64,000 nucleotides of DNA, from positions 2,880,001-2,944,000 of the forward strand of contig CAXXKJ010000002.1 of assembly GCA_963675295.2 (NCBI GenBank), in the 5' to 3' direction. The position numbers were made by a program, and so were the translations under genes. The notes under the pieces were generated by a model. It was not told the DNA's origin. It made no database searches and saw nothing but the letters and a program-made list of their open reading frames with translations. This document shows positions 17,852-27,151 of this stretch, one piece after another. Positions within the stretch are counted from its first letter, which is position 1, and the number at the start of each line of letters is the position of its first letter. The DNA comes from a bacterium (lineage in GTDB: Bacteria; Electryoneota; Electryoneia; Electryoneales; Electryoneaceae).

Positions 17852-18637
17852 CTAACCGCCCGCCTCCAGTTTCGCCCGCAGCTTGCCCTTGAGTGTCAGC
17901 ATCACCTTGCTGTGGATCTGAGAAACGCGCGACTCGCTGATGTCGAGTACTTCGCCGACTTCCCGCAGCGTCAGCTCTTCGAAGTAGTACAACGCGATGA
18001 CCAGGCGCTCCTGCTGTTTCAGCCCCTGGATCATCTTCTTCGCAACGGCTTTCGCTTCGTTCCAGTTGATGACGTCATGCGGGTCCTCGATATCCTCGTC
18101 GCTGATCATCTCCGACAGGCTGCTCATCTCCCCTTCCGGTCCCGGGATCGGCTGATCCAGGGAGAGGATCGACGCCACTTTCACCTCATCCAGCATCGAA
18201 TAGTAATCATCCAGCGACAGCCCCAGCTCTTCCGCGACTTGATCGTCGGAGGGGACTTCGCCCAGCGATCCTTCCAGCTTGACCAGCGCGTTTTCCAGTT
18301 GCCGTGTTTTGGAGCGGATCGAGCGAGGCATCCAGTCGTAGTCGCGCAGGGTGTCGAGGATTGCGCCACGGATTCGGTTACCGGCGTAGGTTTCGAATCG
18401 GAATCCGCGTTCCGGTTCGAAATTCTCGACAGCGGAGATGAGTCCGATGATACCGGCGTTGGTCAGTTCATCAACTTGCACCGAACGCGGCAGGCCGATC
18501 TTCATCCGTCCGGCGGTTTGTTCGACGACAGTCAGGTAGCGCAGGACGAGTTCGTCCTTGATCTCCTGTGACCGTTCGCGGACCCAGAGTTGCCAGATCT
18601 CGTCGTCGGACAGTTTTGCCAGTGGCGCGGGGGTCAT
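17852..18637 (-). CDS. fliA: sigma28 factor FliA/WhiG
   Basis: GIIGLISAVENF, FETYAGNRIRGAILDTLRDYDW, ISESRVSQIH. Confidence 0.96.
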   Translation of the reverse strand: MTPAPLAKLSDDEIWQLWVRERSQEIKDELVLRYLTVVEQTAGRMKIGLPRSVQVDELTNAGIIGLISAVENFEPERGFRFETYAGNRIRGAILDTLRDYDWMPRSIRSKTRQLENALVKLEGSLGEVPSDDQVAEELGLSLDDYYSMLDEVKVASILSLDQPIPGPEGEMSSLSEMISDEDIEDPHDVINWNEAKAVAKKMIQGLKQQERLVIALYYFEELTLREVGEVLDISESRVSQIHSKVMLTLKGKLRAKLEAGG

Positions 18638-18930
18638 TCAGCTGACCCTTCCGCACGGGCCGCACGTGGGAGATCGTCTTCATCATCGTCATAGCCGAGC
18701 TCATCCGCGAGCTGGTTCAAATCTTCCAGCCGTTGGGTTTCGAACTCGTGGATGACCTTGTAGATGATCGTGGTCAGCAAAGTGTTGAGGATGGTGAAGA
18801 CGAGATAGGCGGCGACACCCCGGAACAGCGAGCTGAGAATGTCGGTGCCGATGAACAAATTGAAGGCGATGAGAGAGAGCGCAAGGATGACCCCGATGTA
18901 CTTACTGATATCGCGCCAACTGCTGCTCAT
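18634..18930 (-). CDS. small two-TM hypothetical protein with acidic tail
   Basis: Two hydrophobic segments; ATGA overlaps with flhG and fliA. Confidence 0.75.
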   Translation of the reverse strand: MSSSWRDISKYIGVILALSLIAFNLFIGTDILSSLFRGVAAYLVFTILNTLLTTIIYKVIHEFETQRLEDLNQLADELGYDDDEDDLPRAARAEGSAE

Positions 18931-19799
18931 TCATCCTCCCTCCGTGCGAGAACCTGGAACAGGTAGTTCGAGGTGCTGGTCTGTTTAAAGGGAGTACGAA
19001 GCAATTTGCGCGCCATCATGGTCAACGCGGAGCTTGCCGCGCTGCGCGGGAACAGCAATAGGAACGGTTCCCGTTCATCCACGGCTTTCGGGACATTGGG
19101 ATCCATCGGGATGTGACCGAGCATGGAGAGTTCACGCTGCAGAAATTGCCGTGTTGCCAGCTGCAGGTTCTCGAAGGTGATCAACGCATCCTTCTGTTTC
19201 GCGGCGAGGTTGATGATGACGTGCATCGTCTGTGTCGAATTCAGGTGCGCCGCGACCTTGACCATCGCGTACGCGTCGGTGATCGCGGTCGGTTCGGAAT
19301 TTGTCACCAGGATTGCTTCGTCCGATCCAGCCACAAGCTGCACCACATTATCCGATAAACCGGCGCCGGTGTCGATCAGCAGGACGTCGTATTCCTTTTC
19401 CAGCTCGTCGAAGGCGTTCATCAAACGTTGGCGGTAGACATGATCCTGGTCTACCATCTCCACCATGCCGCTGGATCCGGGCAGGATGGTGATGCCTTCC
19501 GGTCCGGGCACGAGCACGTCGCTGAGGAACGCTCCGCCGAAAATGGCGTCCGCGAGGGTATGCTGAACGCGGAGGCCCAGCAGGATGTCGATATTTGCGA
19601 GGTTGGTGTCGGCGTCCACCAGCAGCACCTTCTTCCCCAGCTTGCCGAGCGCAATGGCGAGGTTCAGGCTGACGTTGGACTTGCCAACGCCTCCCTTGCC
19701 ACTGGTAACCGCAATTCGCCGGGCGCGCGGGATTTCGTCGCGATCATGGTCGCGCCGTGCCAGGTTTCTGCTTCTCAGGCTGGATGCCTGATCGTTCAC
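18927..19799 (-). CDS. flhG: MinD-like ATPase FlhG/FleN
   Basis: SGKGGVGKS, LIDTGAG, EPTAITDAYAMVK; follows flhF. Confidence 0.95.
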   Translation of the reverse strand: MNDQASSLRSRNLARRDHDRDEIPRARRIAVTSGKGGVGKSNVSLNLAIALGKLGKKVLLVDADTNLANIDILLGLRVQHTLADAIFGGAFLSDVLVPGPEGITILPGSSGMVEMVDQDHVYRQRLMNAFDELEKEYDVLLIDTGAGLSDNVVQLVAGSDEAILVTNSEPTAITDAYAMVKVAAHLNSTQTMHVIINLAAKQKDALITFENLQLATRQFLQRELSMLGHIPMDPNVPKAVDEREPFLLLFPRSAASSALTMMARKLLRTPFKQTSTSNYLFQVLARREDE

Positions 19800-19819
19800 A
19801 CAACCTCCTGAAATCGGTT

Positions 19820-19842
19820 ACCGTTCCGGTTTCGGGAACGGT
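19820..19842. other. stem-loop in the flhF-flhG spacer
   Basis: ACCGTTCC-ggtttcg-GGAACGGT, perfect 8-bp stem; no U-tract. Confidence 0.5.
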
Positions 19843-19860
19843 CAATTCTCGCTCATTGTC

Positions 19861-21237
19861 TCATTGTGCGGACATTTGAAATGCCTGCTCACGCAGATGC
19901 AAGAAGTATTCCCGTCGCACGACCATCGCCGCCAACAAGAAGGGATCGGCCTGGAGAATATCGTCCGGCACAGACTGTCCCGTTGTCAGGTACATCCACG
20001 GCGCGTTATCTGCGATCAGGCACATGTCGATCAGATGTCCAGCTGAACTGACCTCGTCCAGCTTGGTGATGATCACGTCGGAAAAACGCAGCTTGCGGTA
20101 ATTGGCGATCACCTCGCGCTGGTCTTCCAATCGCATGTTCGCGGACAGGGTTAGGATCGTACGCGCCGGCCGGGCGTGTTCAATAAACTCTGTCAGTTCC
20201 GCAAGCGCTTCTTCGTCGTTCTGGCTGCGCCCAGCGGTGTCCAGCAACAGGACATCGTAGTCGCGGTAGCGCTCGATCGCAGCCGGGAGTTCCTCTGCCC
20301 GGTAAACGACTTCCAGCGGCAGTCCGGCAATGCCAGCGAAGGTGCGCAACTGCTCGACCGCGGCAACGCGATAGGTATCCGTCGAAATCAGCGCCACTTT
20401 CCGTCGGCCGAGTACGTCAAAGTTGGTCGCCATTTTCGCGAGCGTGGTCGTCTTCCCCACTCCGGTCGGCCCGACCACGGCAATAAGCTGCGGTCCCGCA
20501 GTGCCAGTGAGCACATTATCCAGCCGGCTCGTCTTGAATTTGCTCGCGATCAGTTCATGCAGGCGGGTTTCCAGCCCTTCCAGATCCTCAAGCTGCTTCG
20601 GGTCAAGCTGCTGTGACAGGGGGTCGACAATCGAAGCTGTCGTTTCCAGGCTGCAGCCGTTCTTGCGCAACGCTTCGCGGAACATGTCGAGGCCGTCATC
20701 GGCCTTGCCGATATCCTGACGGGCCAGTTTTTCCGCGAGATCGCGAATCGAACCCTTCAGCGTCTCGATCTCGCTGCGCAGATCCTTGACCGTCTCGCCG
20801 TCTTCCGCCGATTCCGATCCCCACTGGCTGATGCTGATGCCCTGTGACCGCTTCGGAGCGCCATCGGGTTTACGCGGGCTGATCGGGATAGTGCGGACAT
20901 TGGACATCTCATCCGCGTCCTTCGACTTGCCCGTCTGCTGCGCGTATTCGCGAATCCCCAGCAACGCCGGCGGCGGTGCGAGGGTTTCGTGCTGGATGCG
21001 CTCCCGGCGACGTTTTGGTTCGGGCTTGGAACTGGCTGGTTTGCTGCTGGGTTTAGGCATCGGGTGACGGTCCGGCGTGGCAGCCGTGACTTCCACCTGA
21101 TGCTTGCCGCTAAGACCGAGCAGACCACCCTTATCCAGTTTGCGTGACTGGAGAATGACGGCGTCCTCTCCCAGGTCAGCCTTCACCTGGGCGAGCGCTT
21201 CGTTCATGGTGGCTGCGACGTATTTCTTGATCAGCAT
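19861..21237 (-). CDS. flhF: SRP-type GTPase FlhF
   Basis: VKADLGEDAVIL, GPTGVGKTTT, DTYRVAAVEQL, DTAGRS, TKLDE, GQSVPDD. Confidence 0.96.
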   Translation of the reverse strand: MLIKKYVAATMNEALAQVKADLGEDAVILQSRKLDKGGLLGLSGKHQVEVTAATPDRHPMPKPSSKPASSKPEPKRRRERIQHETLAPPPALLGIREYAQQTGKSKDADEMSNVRTIPISPRKPDGAPKRSQGISISQWGSESAEDGETVKDLRSEIETLKGSIRDLAEKLARQDIGKADDGLDMFREALRKNGCSLETTASIVDPLSQQLDPKQLEDLEGLETRLHELIASKFKTSRLDNVLTGTAGPQLIAVVGPTGVGKTTTLAKMATNFDVLGRRKVALISTDTYRVAAVEQLRTFAGIAGLPLEVVYRAEELPAAIERYRDYDVLLLDTAGRSQNDEEALAELTEFIEHARPARTILTLSANMRLEDQREVIANYRKLRFSDVIITKLDEVSSAGHLIDMCLIADNAPWMYLTTGQSVPDDILQADPFLLAAMVVRREYFLHLREQAFQMSAQ

Positions 21238-21314
21238 GTACGCTGTCCGCTACCCAGCAACTGCCGTTATGTTGTTATCTCGTGTACCGCGCCGGTTGGG
21301 ATTGCTGGAATCGG

Positions 21315-23516
21315 TCAGGCCGGAGCCGGTTCACGGGCGGGTCTCCGCTTCTTCTGCTGTGCGGGTTTCCGCTCCGGTTCACTGGCTGGATTCCGCGGCG
21401 GCTGCATCGTGATCAGCCCCACCGATTCGACCTGCACGTTGACCAGCAATTCACCGTAAGATAGTACGATAAGTTGTGGTAAAACAGGCTCAGTCAGTTT
21501 CCTGAACGCTTGCCGGATCGTGGGCGACGTGACCACAATCGGCTGCCGTCCACTGTTCGTCATCTGATCCACTTGCTTCGACAGGCTGGCGTAGATCGCG
21601 TTGATTTTCTGCGGCGGCAGGTCAATCACACCGAACTGTCCCTGGCGGCTTGACTGCTGAGCCGCGTCGGACAAGGTCTGTTCCACCTCCGGATCCAACG
21701 TCAGCGAGTACAGTTTGCCGTCGTCATCCACGAACTTCTGCGTGATTGTCGGCGACAACGCATAGCGCACGTATTCCACGAGAATGTCGGTGTCCTTGGT
21801 CATCGGGACGTAGTCGGACAGGGTCTCGAGAATCATGCCGAGGTCGCGGATTGGTATACCCTCACGCAGCAGCCGCTGCAGCACCTTATGCACCGCCCCG
21901 ACGCTCATCAAATTCGGAATCAGCTCTTCGACCACGGTCGGATTGTCCGTCTTCAGGTTCTCGATCAGGGTGTGGACATCTTTGCGTGTCAGCAGCTTGT
22001 ACGCGTTGTTCTTGATCACCTCGACAATGTGCGTCGCGAGCACGGCGGTCGGTTCGACGACAGTGTAGCCGGCATTCTCAGCACGTGCCTTGTTCTTCTG
22101 GTTAACCCACAGTGCGGGCAGACCGTAGGTCGGTTCCTTGGTCGCGGTGCCGTCGATTTTCTCGGTGGCGGTGCCCGGGTTCAACGCGAGGAAATGACCC
22201 ATCCGCAGATCGCCACGGGCGATTTCGTTGCCGCGAATCTTGAGCACGTACTCGTTCGGCTTCAGCTGGATATTATCCCGGATACGAATCGGCGGGATCA
22301 CCAGCCCCATCTGCATCGCCTGCTGCTTGCGGATCTGCGTGATCCGGCTGAGCAAGTCACCTTCCTGGTCTTTATCGACAAGTGGGATCAGGCTGTAGCC
22401 GATTTCCAGCTCCATCGGATCAACGTAGAGGTAATCCTCGATCTTGTCGCTCTCCGTCCTCGGCGTGGTGCCTTCGATAGCTGCAACCTCCATCTCCTGA
22501 TCTTTCTCACGCTTTGATTGCACCGTGCGGTAGGAAATCCAACCGAGGATCGCGGAGAGGATCACGAACGGGATCGTCGGCATGCCCGGAATTATCGAGA
22601 AGAACAGCGCCACACCAGCTGCGATAAATCCGGCGCGCGGATGCATCAGCATCTGCCCGGCGAATTCACGGCCCATCTCCATTTCCGAGGCGGCACGTGA
22701 AACGATCAAACCGGCGGAAACGGAAATAATCAGCGCCGGAATCTGCGAGACAAGACCGTCACCAATGGTCAGGATCGAGTAAGTTTGCAGCGCCTGGCCG
22801 ATTTGCATATCGCGCTGGAAGAAGCCGATCGCGAGACCGCCGAGAATGTTGATCGCGGTGATAATCAGGCCAGCCATGGCGTCCCCGCGGACGAATTTCG
22901 CGGCACCGTCCATCGCGCCGTAAAAGTCGGCTTCGCGGCGGATGTCTTCACGGCGACGATTGGCTTCCTCTTCCTCGATCAGTCCGTTGTTCATGTCGGC
23001 GTCGACCGCCATCTGCTTACCAGGCATGGCGTCCAGGGTAAACCGCGCGGCGACTTCCGCGATACGGCCCGACCCCTTGGTGATGACCATGAAGTTGATC
23101 AGCACGAGAATCAGGAAGATGACAACACCAACGACGAAATTTCCGGCTACAACGAACGAGCCGAACGATTCGATGATCTTCCCGGCGTAGGCTTCGCCGA
23201 GGATCATACGGGTCGTGGCAACGTTCAAACCGAGCCGGAACAGGGTGAGCAACAGCAACAGGGCCGGGAACACGCTGAAGTCCAGTGCGCGGTCCATGTA
23301 CAGCGTAACCATCAGCACCACCAGCGCGGTGGTAATGTTCATCGCAAGGAAAAAGTCGATCAGGGACGACGGGATCGGAATGATCATCAACAGGATCACG
23401 CCGACCGCGGCAACCGCGAGAACAACGTCCGCCCGTTTCGTCAGTTGATCGAGAAACGGCGACTGCTCGAGCTTCTGCTTTGTGCTGAGGTATCCTTTGG
23501 ACTGGGCTTCGGCCAT
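21315..23516 (-). CDS. flhA: export gate protein FlhA
   Basis: AEVAARFTLDAMPGKQMAVDAD, FYGAMDGAAKFVRGDA. Confidence 0.98.
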   Translation of the reverse strand: MAEAQSKGYLSTKQKLEQSPFLDQLTKRADVVLAVAAVGVILLMIIPIPSSLIDFFLAMNITTALVVLMVTLYMDRALDFSVFPALLLLLTLFRLGLNVATTRMILGEAYAGKIIESFGSFVVAGNFVVGVVIFLILVLINFMVITKGSGRIAEVAARFTLDAMPGKQMAVDADMNNGLIEEEEANRRREDIRREADFYGAMDGAAKFVRGDAMAGLIITAINILGGLAIGFFQRDMQIGQALQTYSILTIGDGLVSQIPALIISVSAGLIVSRAASEMEMGREFAGQMLMHPRAGFIAAGVALFFSIIPGMPTIPFVILSAILGWISYRTVQSKREKDQEMEVAAIEGTTPRTESDKIEDYLYVDPMELEIGYSLIPLVDKDQEGDLLSRITQIRKQQAMQMGLVIPPIRIRDNIQLKPNEYVLKIRGNEIARGDLRMGHFLALNPGTATEKIDGTATKEPTYGLPALWVNQKNKARAENAGYTVVEPTAVLATHIVEVIKNNAYKLLTRKDVHTLIENLKTDNPTVVEELIPNLMSVGAVHKVLQRLLREGIPIRDLGMILETLSDYVPMTKDTDILVEYVRYALSPTITQKFVDDDGKLYSLTLDPEVEQTLSDAAQQSSRQGQFGVIDLPPQKINAIYASLSKQVDQMTNSGRQPIVVTSPTIRQAFRKLTEPVLPQLIVLSYGELLVNVQVESVGLITMQPPRNPASEPERKPAQQKKRRPAREPAPA

Positions 23517-23518
23517 GT

Positions 23519-23553
23519 CAGTTATCAGTCGTCTGTCATCAGTGGTCAGTGAA
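23519..23553. repeat. 7-bp tandem array abutting the flhA start codon
   Basis: CAGTTAT CAGTCGT CTGTCAT CAGTGGT CAGTGAA. Confidence 0.85.
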
Positions 23554-23601
23554 AAACAAACACCTTCGAGCTCACAGCATCCTGCTGGTTGTAACGGTCC
23601 A

Positions 23602-23666
23602 GGGACAGCTGAACAGCTTGAGCAAGCTCAAGTTCTTCCCAAAACTTGAAACTGTTCACCTGTCCC
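23602..23666. other. nested inverted repeat in the flhB-flhA spacer
   Basis: GGGACAGCTGAACAG / CTGTTCACCTGTCCC (14 of 15 pairs) enclosing two overlapping 7-bp inner stems. Confidence 0.75.
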
Positions 23667-23698
23667 CGTTGACATGAAAGCAATCCCGGGGCCAATGG

Positions 23699-24790
23699 CT
23701 AAGCCATTGTTTCTTCTAGCTCTTCTTCTTCCCGGAGACGGTAGATCTGGGCGATAATTTCCGCCACATCCTGGTAGAATTCGCCGGGGATCTCGTCCCC
23801 GATCTCACAGTGCTTGTACAGCGACCGCGCCAACGGTGGACTCTCAATCACCGGGATGCCGTGTTCGCGGGCGACTTCCTTGATCCGTTGCGCCAGCTTG
23901 CGCAAACCCTTCCCGACAACACGCGGCGCATCCATCGTTTCCGGATCGTATTTGAGGGCAACTGCTACGTGCGTCGGGTTGGTGACGACCACATCCGCCT
24001 GCGGCAGTTCCTTGATCATCCGGTTGAACGCGATGCGGAACTGTAGCTGCCGCTGCTGGTTCTTCACCTTCGGATCGCCTTCCATCATCTTGCGCTCGTC
24101 CTTCACCTCCTGCTTCGACATCTTCAGGTTCTCGATGTACTTGTACTTCTGATAGCTGAAGTCGATGATCGCGAGAATCAACAGCACAACGACGGTCCAG
24201 ACCATCACCTTGAGGATGGTGCGGACGAGAAACAGGAAAATTGCCGGGACTTCGGCGTCCATCAGCGGAAGAAATTTCGGGTACTCATGGCGAACAACAG
24301 CGAAGGCGACATACCCGATCAAGGTCACCTTGATGATGTTCATCAACAGCTTGACCAGCGCCTGCTGGTTGAACAGGTTCTTCATCCCCTTGAACGGATT
24401 CAGGCGTTCGAACTTCGGTTTCAGCGCTTTCTGCGAGAACAGAAAACCGAACTGCATCAGACTGGCACTGACACCGATGATCGGGATGAGGATGAAGAAC
24501 GGGGCAATGGTTCCCAGCAGGTATTTCGCGGTACCGTCGATGTAAGCGCGGAAATTCGACCCATCCAGCTGGATCTCGTCAAGACTGAGGTACATCCCGC
24601 TGGCAAACTCCATCAGCCGGGTCAACACGTAGCCACCGAAAATCGCGAGCAGAGACAACCCGCCGATCAGCACCAACGCGCTGTTCAGGTCCTGAGAGCG
24701 AGGGACGTTCCCGTCGTTACGGGCGTCTCGTTTTCGCTTCTCAGTTGGTTTTTCTGTTTTTTCCTGACCTTGCTCGTTTTCTTTTGGCAT
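23699..24790 (-). CDS. flhB: export switch protein FlhB
   Basis: EKTEKPTEKR, KMSKQEVKDE, NPTH autocleavage motif. Confidence 0.98.
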   Translation of the reverse strand: MPKENEQGQEKTEKPTEKRKRDARNDGNVPRSQDLNSALVLIGGLSLLAIFGGYVLTRLMEFASGMYLSLDEIQLDGSNFRAYIDGTAKYLLGTIAPFFILIPIIGVSASLMQFGFLFSQKALKPKFERLNPFKGMKNLFNQQALVKLLMNIIKVTLIGYVAFAVVRHEYPKFLPLMDAEVPAIFLFLVRTILKVMVWTVVVLLILAIIDFSYQKYKYIENLKMSKQEVKDERKMMEGDPKVKNQQRQLQFRIAFNRMIKELPQADVVVTNPTHVAVALKYDPETMDAPRVVGKGLRKLAQRIKEVAREHGIPVIESPPLARSLYKHCEIGDEIPGEFYQDVAEIIAQIYRLREEEELEETMA

Positions 24791-24846
24791 TGGGCAGCCA
24801 TTTCCCGGGATTTCACGAGAGAGTCATGCGAAGACGTGATGAGACG

Positions 24847-24862
24847 AGCAAATGCGGGTCCA
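24847..24862 (-). promoter_or_regulatory. probable sigma54 promoter upstream of flhB
   Basis: Minus strand TGGACC-CGCAT-TTGCT keeps GG-N10-GC but deviates from TGGCAC; AT-rich tract upstream. Confidence 0.55.
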
Positions 24863-25023
24863 ATGAGGAGATGCCTGAATTGAAGGCGAGGATGACACCG
24901 GTAGCAGAAACTATGGGATGAGTAGTCGGTGTTCACAAACTATTAAATAACAAATAGTAAAACACAAACAATGAATATGCGGGTGATCAGAGAATGCAGA
25001 CTCCCCCGCGTATGGCGACAAAC

Positions 25024-25806
25024 TCACCCGACCATCGCTCGGAGAAAATCAATCACACTCCCTTCCCATCCCCGGAAGATCTTGCCGAACACATAGACCA
25101 CCATCGGCAACGCGATGCTGAGCGTCAACAGGCCGGCCATGATCTTGAGCGGGAAGCCGATGATCCAGACGTTCATCTGCGGTACCGTCCGTGCCATCAT
25201 ACCGAGCGCAAATTCGGAAACCAGGATCGTGATCAACACTGGTGCAGCAACCTTGATGCCGACGCTGAAGATCTCGCCGCTGAGGCGGGCAAATCCCCAG
25301 ATCGCTTCGTCGGATAACGCACCGGTCCCGATCGGAATCCGCACGAACGATTCATCGACCGCCTGGAGTAGAAAGTGATGGCCGTTCATCATCAGGAACA
25401 GCACAAGGGTAAACATGGTCAGCAGCTGGCCGAGCACCGGCATGTGTTCTTCACTGAACGGGTCAATTGCGTTGATCATGCCGAAGCCCATCGAGTGCCC
25501 CATCACATGCCCGGCGAACTGAACGCCGGTAAAAATGAAGACAGTCACCAGTCCGATGGATAGCCCGATAAACACCTCGCGAATGACGACGCCGAAGAAT
25601 TCGAGCACACCCGGCGCGAGGGTCAACTGCATCTCCGGGTGCAGGGGGAACAGTGCCGAGGTGACAAAAAACGCCACCGCGACACGCGCGGTGACGGGGA
25701 TTGAGTTGTAGCCGAACACCGGCATTACCATCAGCATGCTGCTGATGCGAAACAGCATCAGGAACCAGCGTTCCAGCTCATCAATGGTGTAGTTGAGCAA
25801 CTCCAC
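25024..25806 (-). CDS. fliR: export protein FliR
   Basis: Polytopic; MNGHHFLL, ARTVPQMNVWIIGFPLK. Confidence 0.96.
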   Translation of the reverse strand: MELLNYTIDELERWFLMLFRISSMLMVMPVFGYNSIPVTARVAVAFFVTSALFPLHPEMQLTLAPGVLEFFGVVIREVFIGLSIGLVTVFIFTGVQFAGHVMGHSMGFGMINAIDPFSEEHMPVLGQLLTMFTLVLFLMMNGHHFLLQAVDESFVRIPIGTGALSDEAIWGFARLSGEIFSVGIKVAAPVLITILVSEFALGMMARTVPQMNVWIIGFPLKIMAGLLTLSIALPMVVYVFGKIFRGWEGSVIDFLRAMVG

Positions 25807-25829
25807 GATGGTTCCTCAATCGTCCACGA

Positions 25830-27149
25830 TCAGATTGTGCTCTTGGCGGGTTCTTCCTTATCCGCCACCAGCACTCTGATCCGTCCGCTGATCGGGTCGA
25901 CCTGCTGAATGTCCTGGATCGACTTGATGTTGCTCTCAGTGAGCATCTGCGAACGCGGCAGCAGGAAGATGCCCTTGCCGGTTTTCAAGTCGTCGGACAG
26001 GATCATGCCCGCCTTCAACTCGTGGAAGAAGACTTCGAGCTCACGCTTCGGCGTCTCGACCTTTTCTTCGTCTGCGAAGATGATGTCGAACATGACGTCG
26101 ATGAACTGCGGATCGAACTGGATGTTCGAATTGTTGCGGAAGTATTTCAGGATGAACGGACGGCTGTTGCCATCCTCCCTGTTTTTCAGGCGGAAGTAGG
26201 TATTGCACACCGCAAGCAGCCGCGACTCTTCCGGAATGTCTTCCTTCTTCAAGCCGTCCGGGAAGCCGGACCCGTCGTACCACTCGTCCTGATGCCTTAC
26301 AATCAACGCCGCTTCTTCGAACGCGGGAATCGTGCTCAGCATCGTCTGCGCCATGATCGGATGATGCCGGATCAAGCGGCGTTCATCCTCGCTGAGGTAC
26401 TGCGATTGCCGGTTCAACACGGCGTCCGGGATTCCCATCTTGCCGGCGTTGAGCATCAGTGCGGCGATTTCCAGCTTGCGGATGCGTTCCTCGGTCCAAT
26501 CCAGTTTCTTCGCGATGTTGACCGCAAGTTGCGCCAGCGAGCGATTGTCGCGGCAGAGGACGGGACGGCTGATCTCCATCATGTTGATGGTGAAGCGGAC
26601 GGTGCTGACCAGCGATTTTTCCAGCTCGGCATTCAGCTTGCCCAGTTCGATGTTCTTCTTCGCGATGATCGCCGTGCGTTCTTTCACGCGTGCGGTGAGT
26701 TGATCGTTGACGGAGTTCAGTTGCTCGTTCTTGTCGTGCAGTTCCGCCATCAGCTCTTCGTTGCGGCGTTCGAGCTTGAAATGGTGGATGGCACGGCGAA
26801 CCGTGGACCGCAGTTCTTCATCGTTCCATGGTTTGAACACGAAATGGTAGATATTTCCGGTGTTGATCGCATCGACCGCCGCGCCCATATCGGCGAATCC
26901 GGTGAGGATGATGCGCTTTGTTTCCGGCTTGACCTTGACGACTTCGCTGAACAGCTGCGTGCCGGTCATCCCGGGCATGCGCTGGTCAGAAACGATGAGT
27001 ACGACGTCGTTTTCCTTGATAAACTCAAGGGCTTCGGACGCCTGGGTAAACGTCTCGATGTCGTACTCGTCCTCAAAAAACACGCGCTGCAGTGCTTTCA
27101 GGATGTTGGGTTCGTCGTCGACGAAGACGAGTTGGACGTTTTCATACAT
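25830..27149 (-). CDS. response regulator with degenerate HD-GYP output domain
   Basis: REC FVDDEPNIL...SDQRMPGM; HD-GYP-like LMLNAGKMGIPD...HQDEWYDGSGFPDGL. Confidence 0.9.
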   Translation of the reverse strand: MYENVQLVFVDDEPNILKALQRVFFEDEYDIETFTQASEALEFIKENDVVLIVSDQRMPGMTGTQLFSEVVKVKPETKRIILTGFADMGAAVDAINTGNIYHFVFKPWNDEELRSTVRRAIHHFKLERRNEELMAELHDKNEQLNSVNDQLTARVKERTAIIAKKNIELGKLNAELEKSLVSTVRFTINMMEISRPVLCRDNRSLAQLAVNIAKKLDWTEERIRKLEIAALMLNAGKMGIPDAVLNRQSQYLSEDERRLIRHHPIMAQTMLSTIPAFEEAALIVRHQDEWYDGSGFPDGLKKEDIPEESRLLAVCNTYFRLKNREDGNSRPFILKYFRNNSNIQFDPQFIDVMFDIIFADEEKVETPKRELEVFFHELKAGMILSDDLKTGKGIFLLPRSQMLTESNIKSIQDIQQVDPISGRIRVLVADKEEPAKSTI

Positions 27150-27151
27150 GT

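Noticed and set aside
21450-21510. AT-richer patch in the flhA 3' end as an internal flhF promoter
   Set aside because: No convincing -35/-10 or -24/-12 spacing
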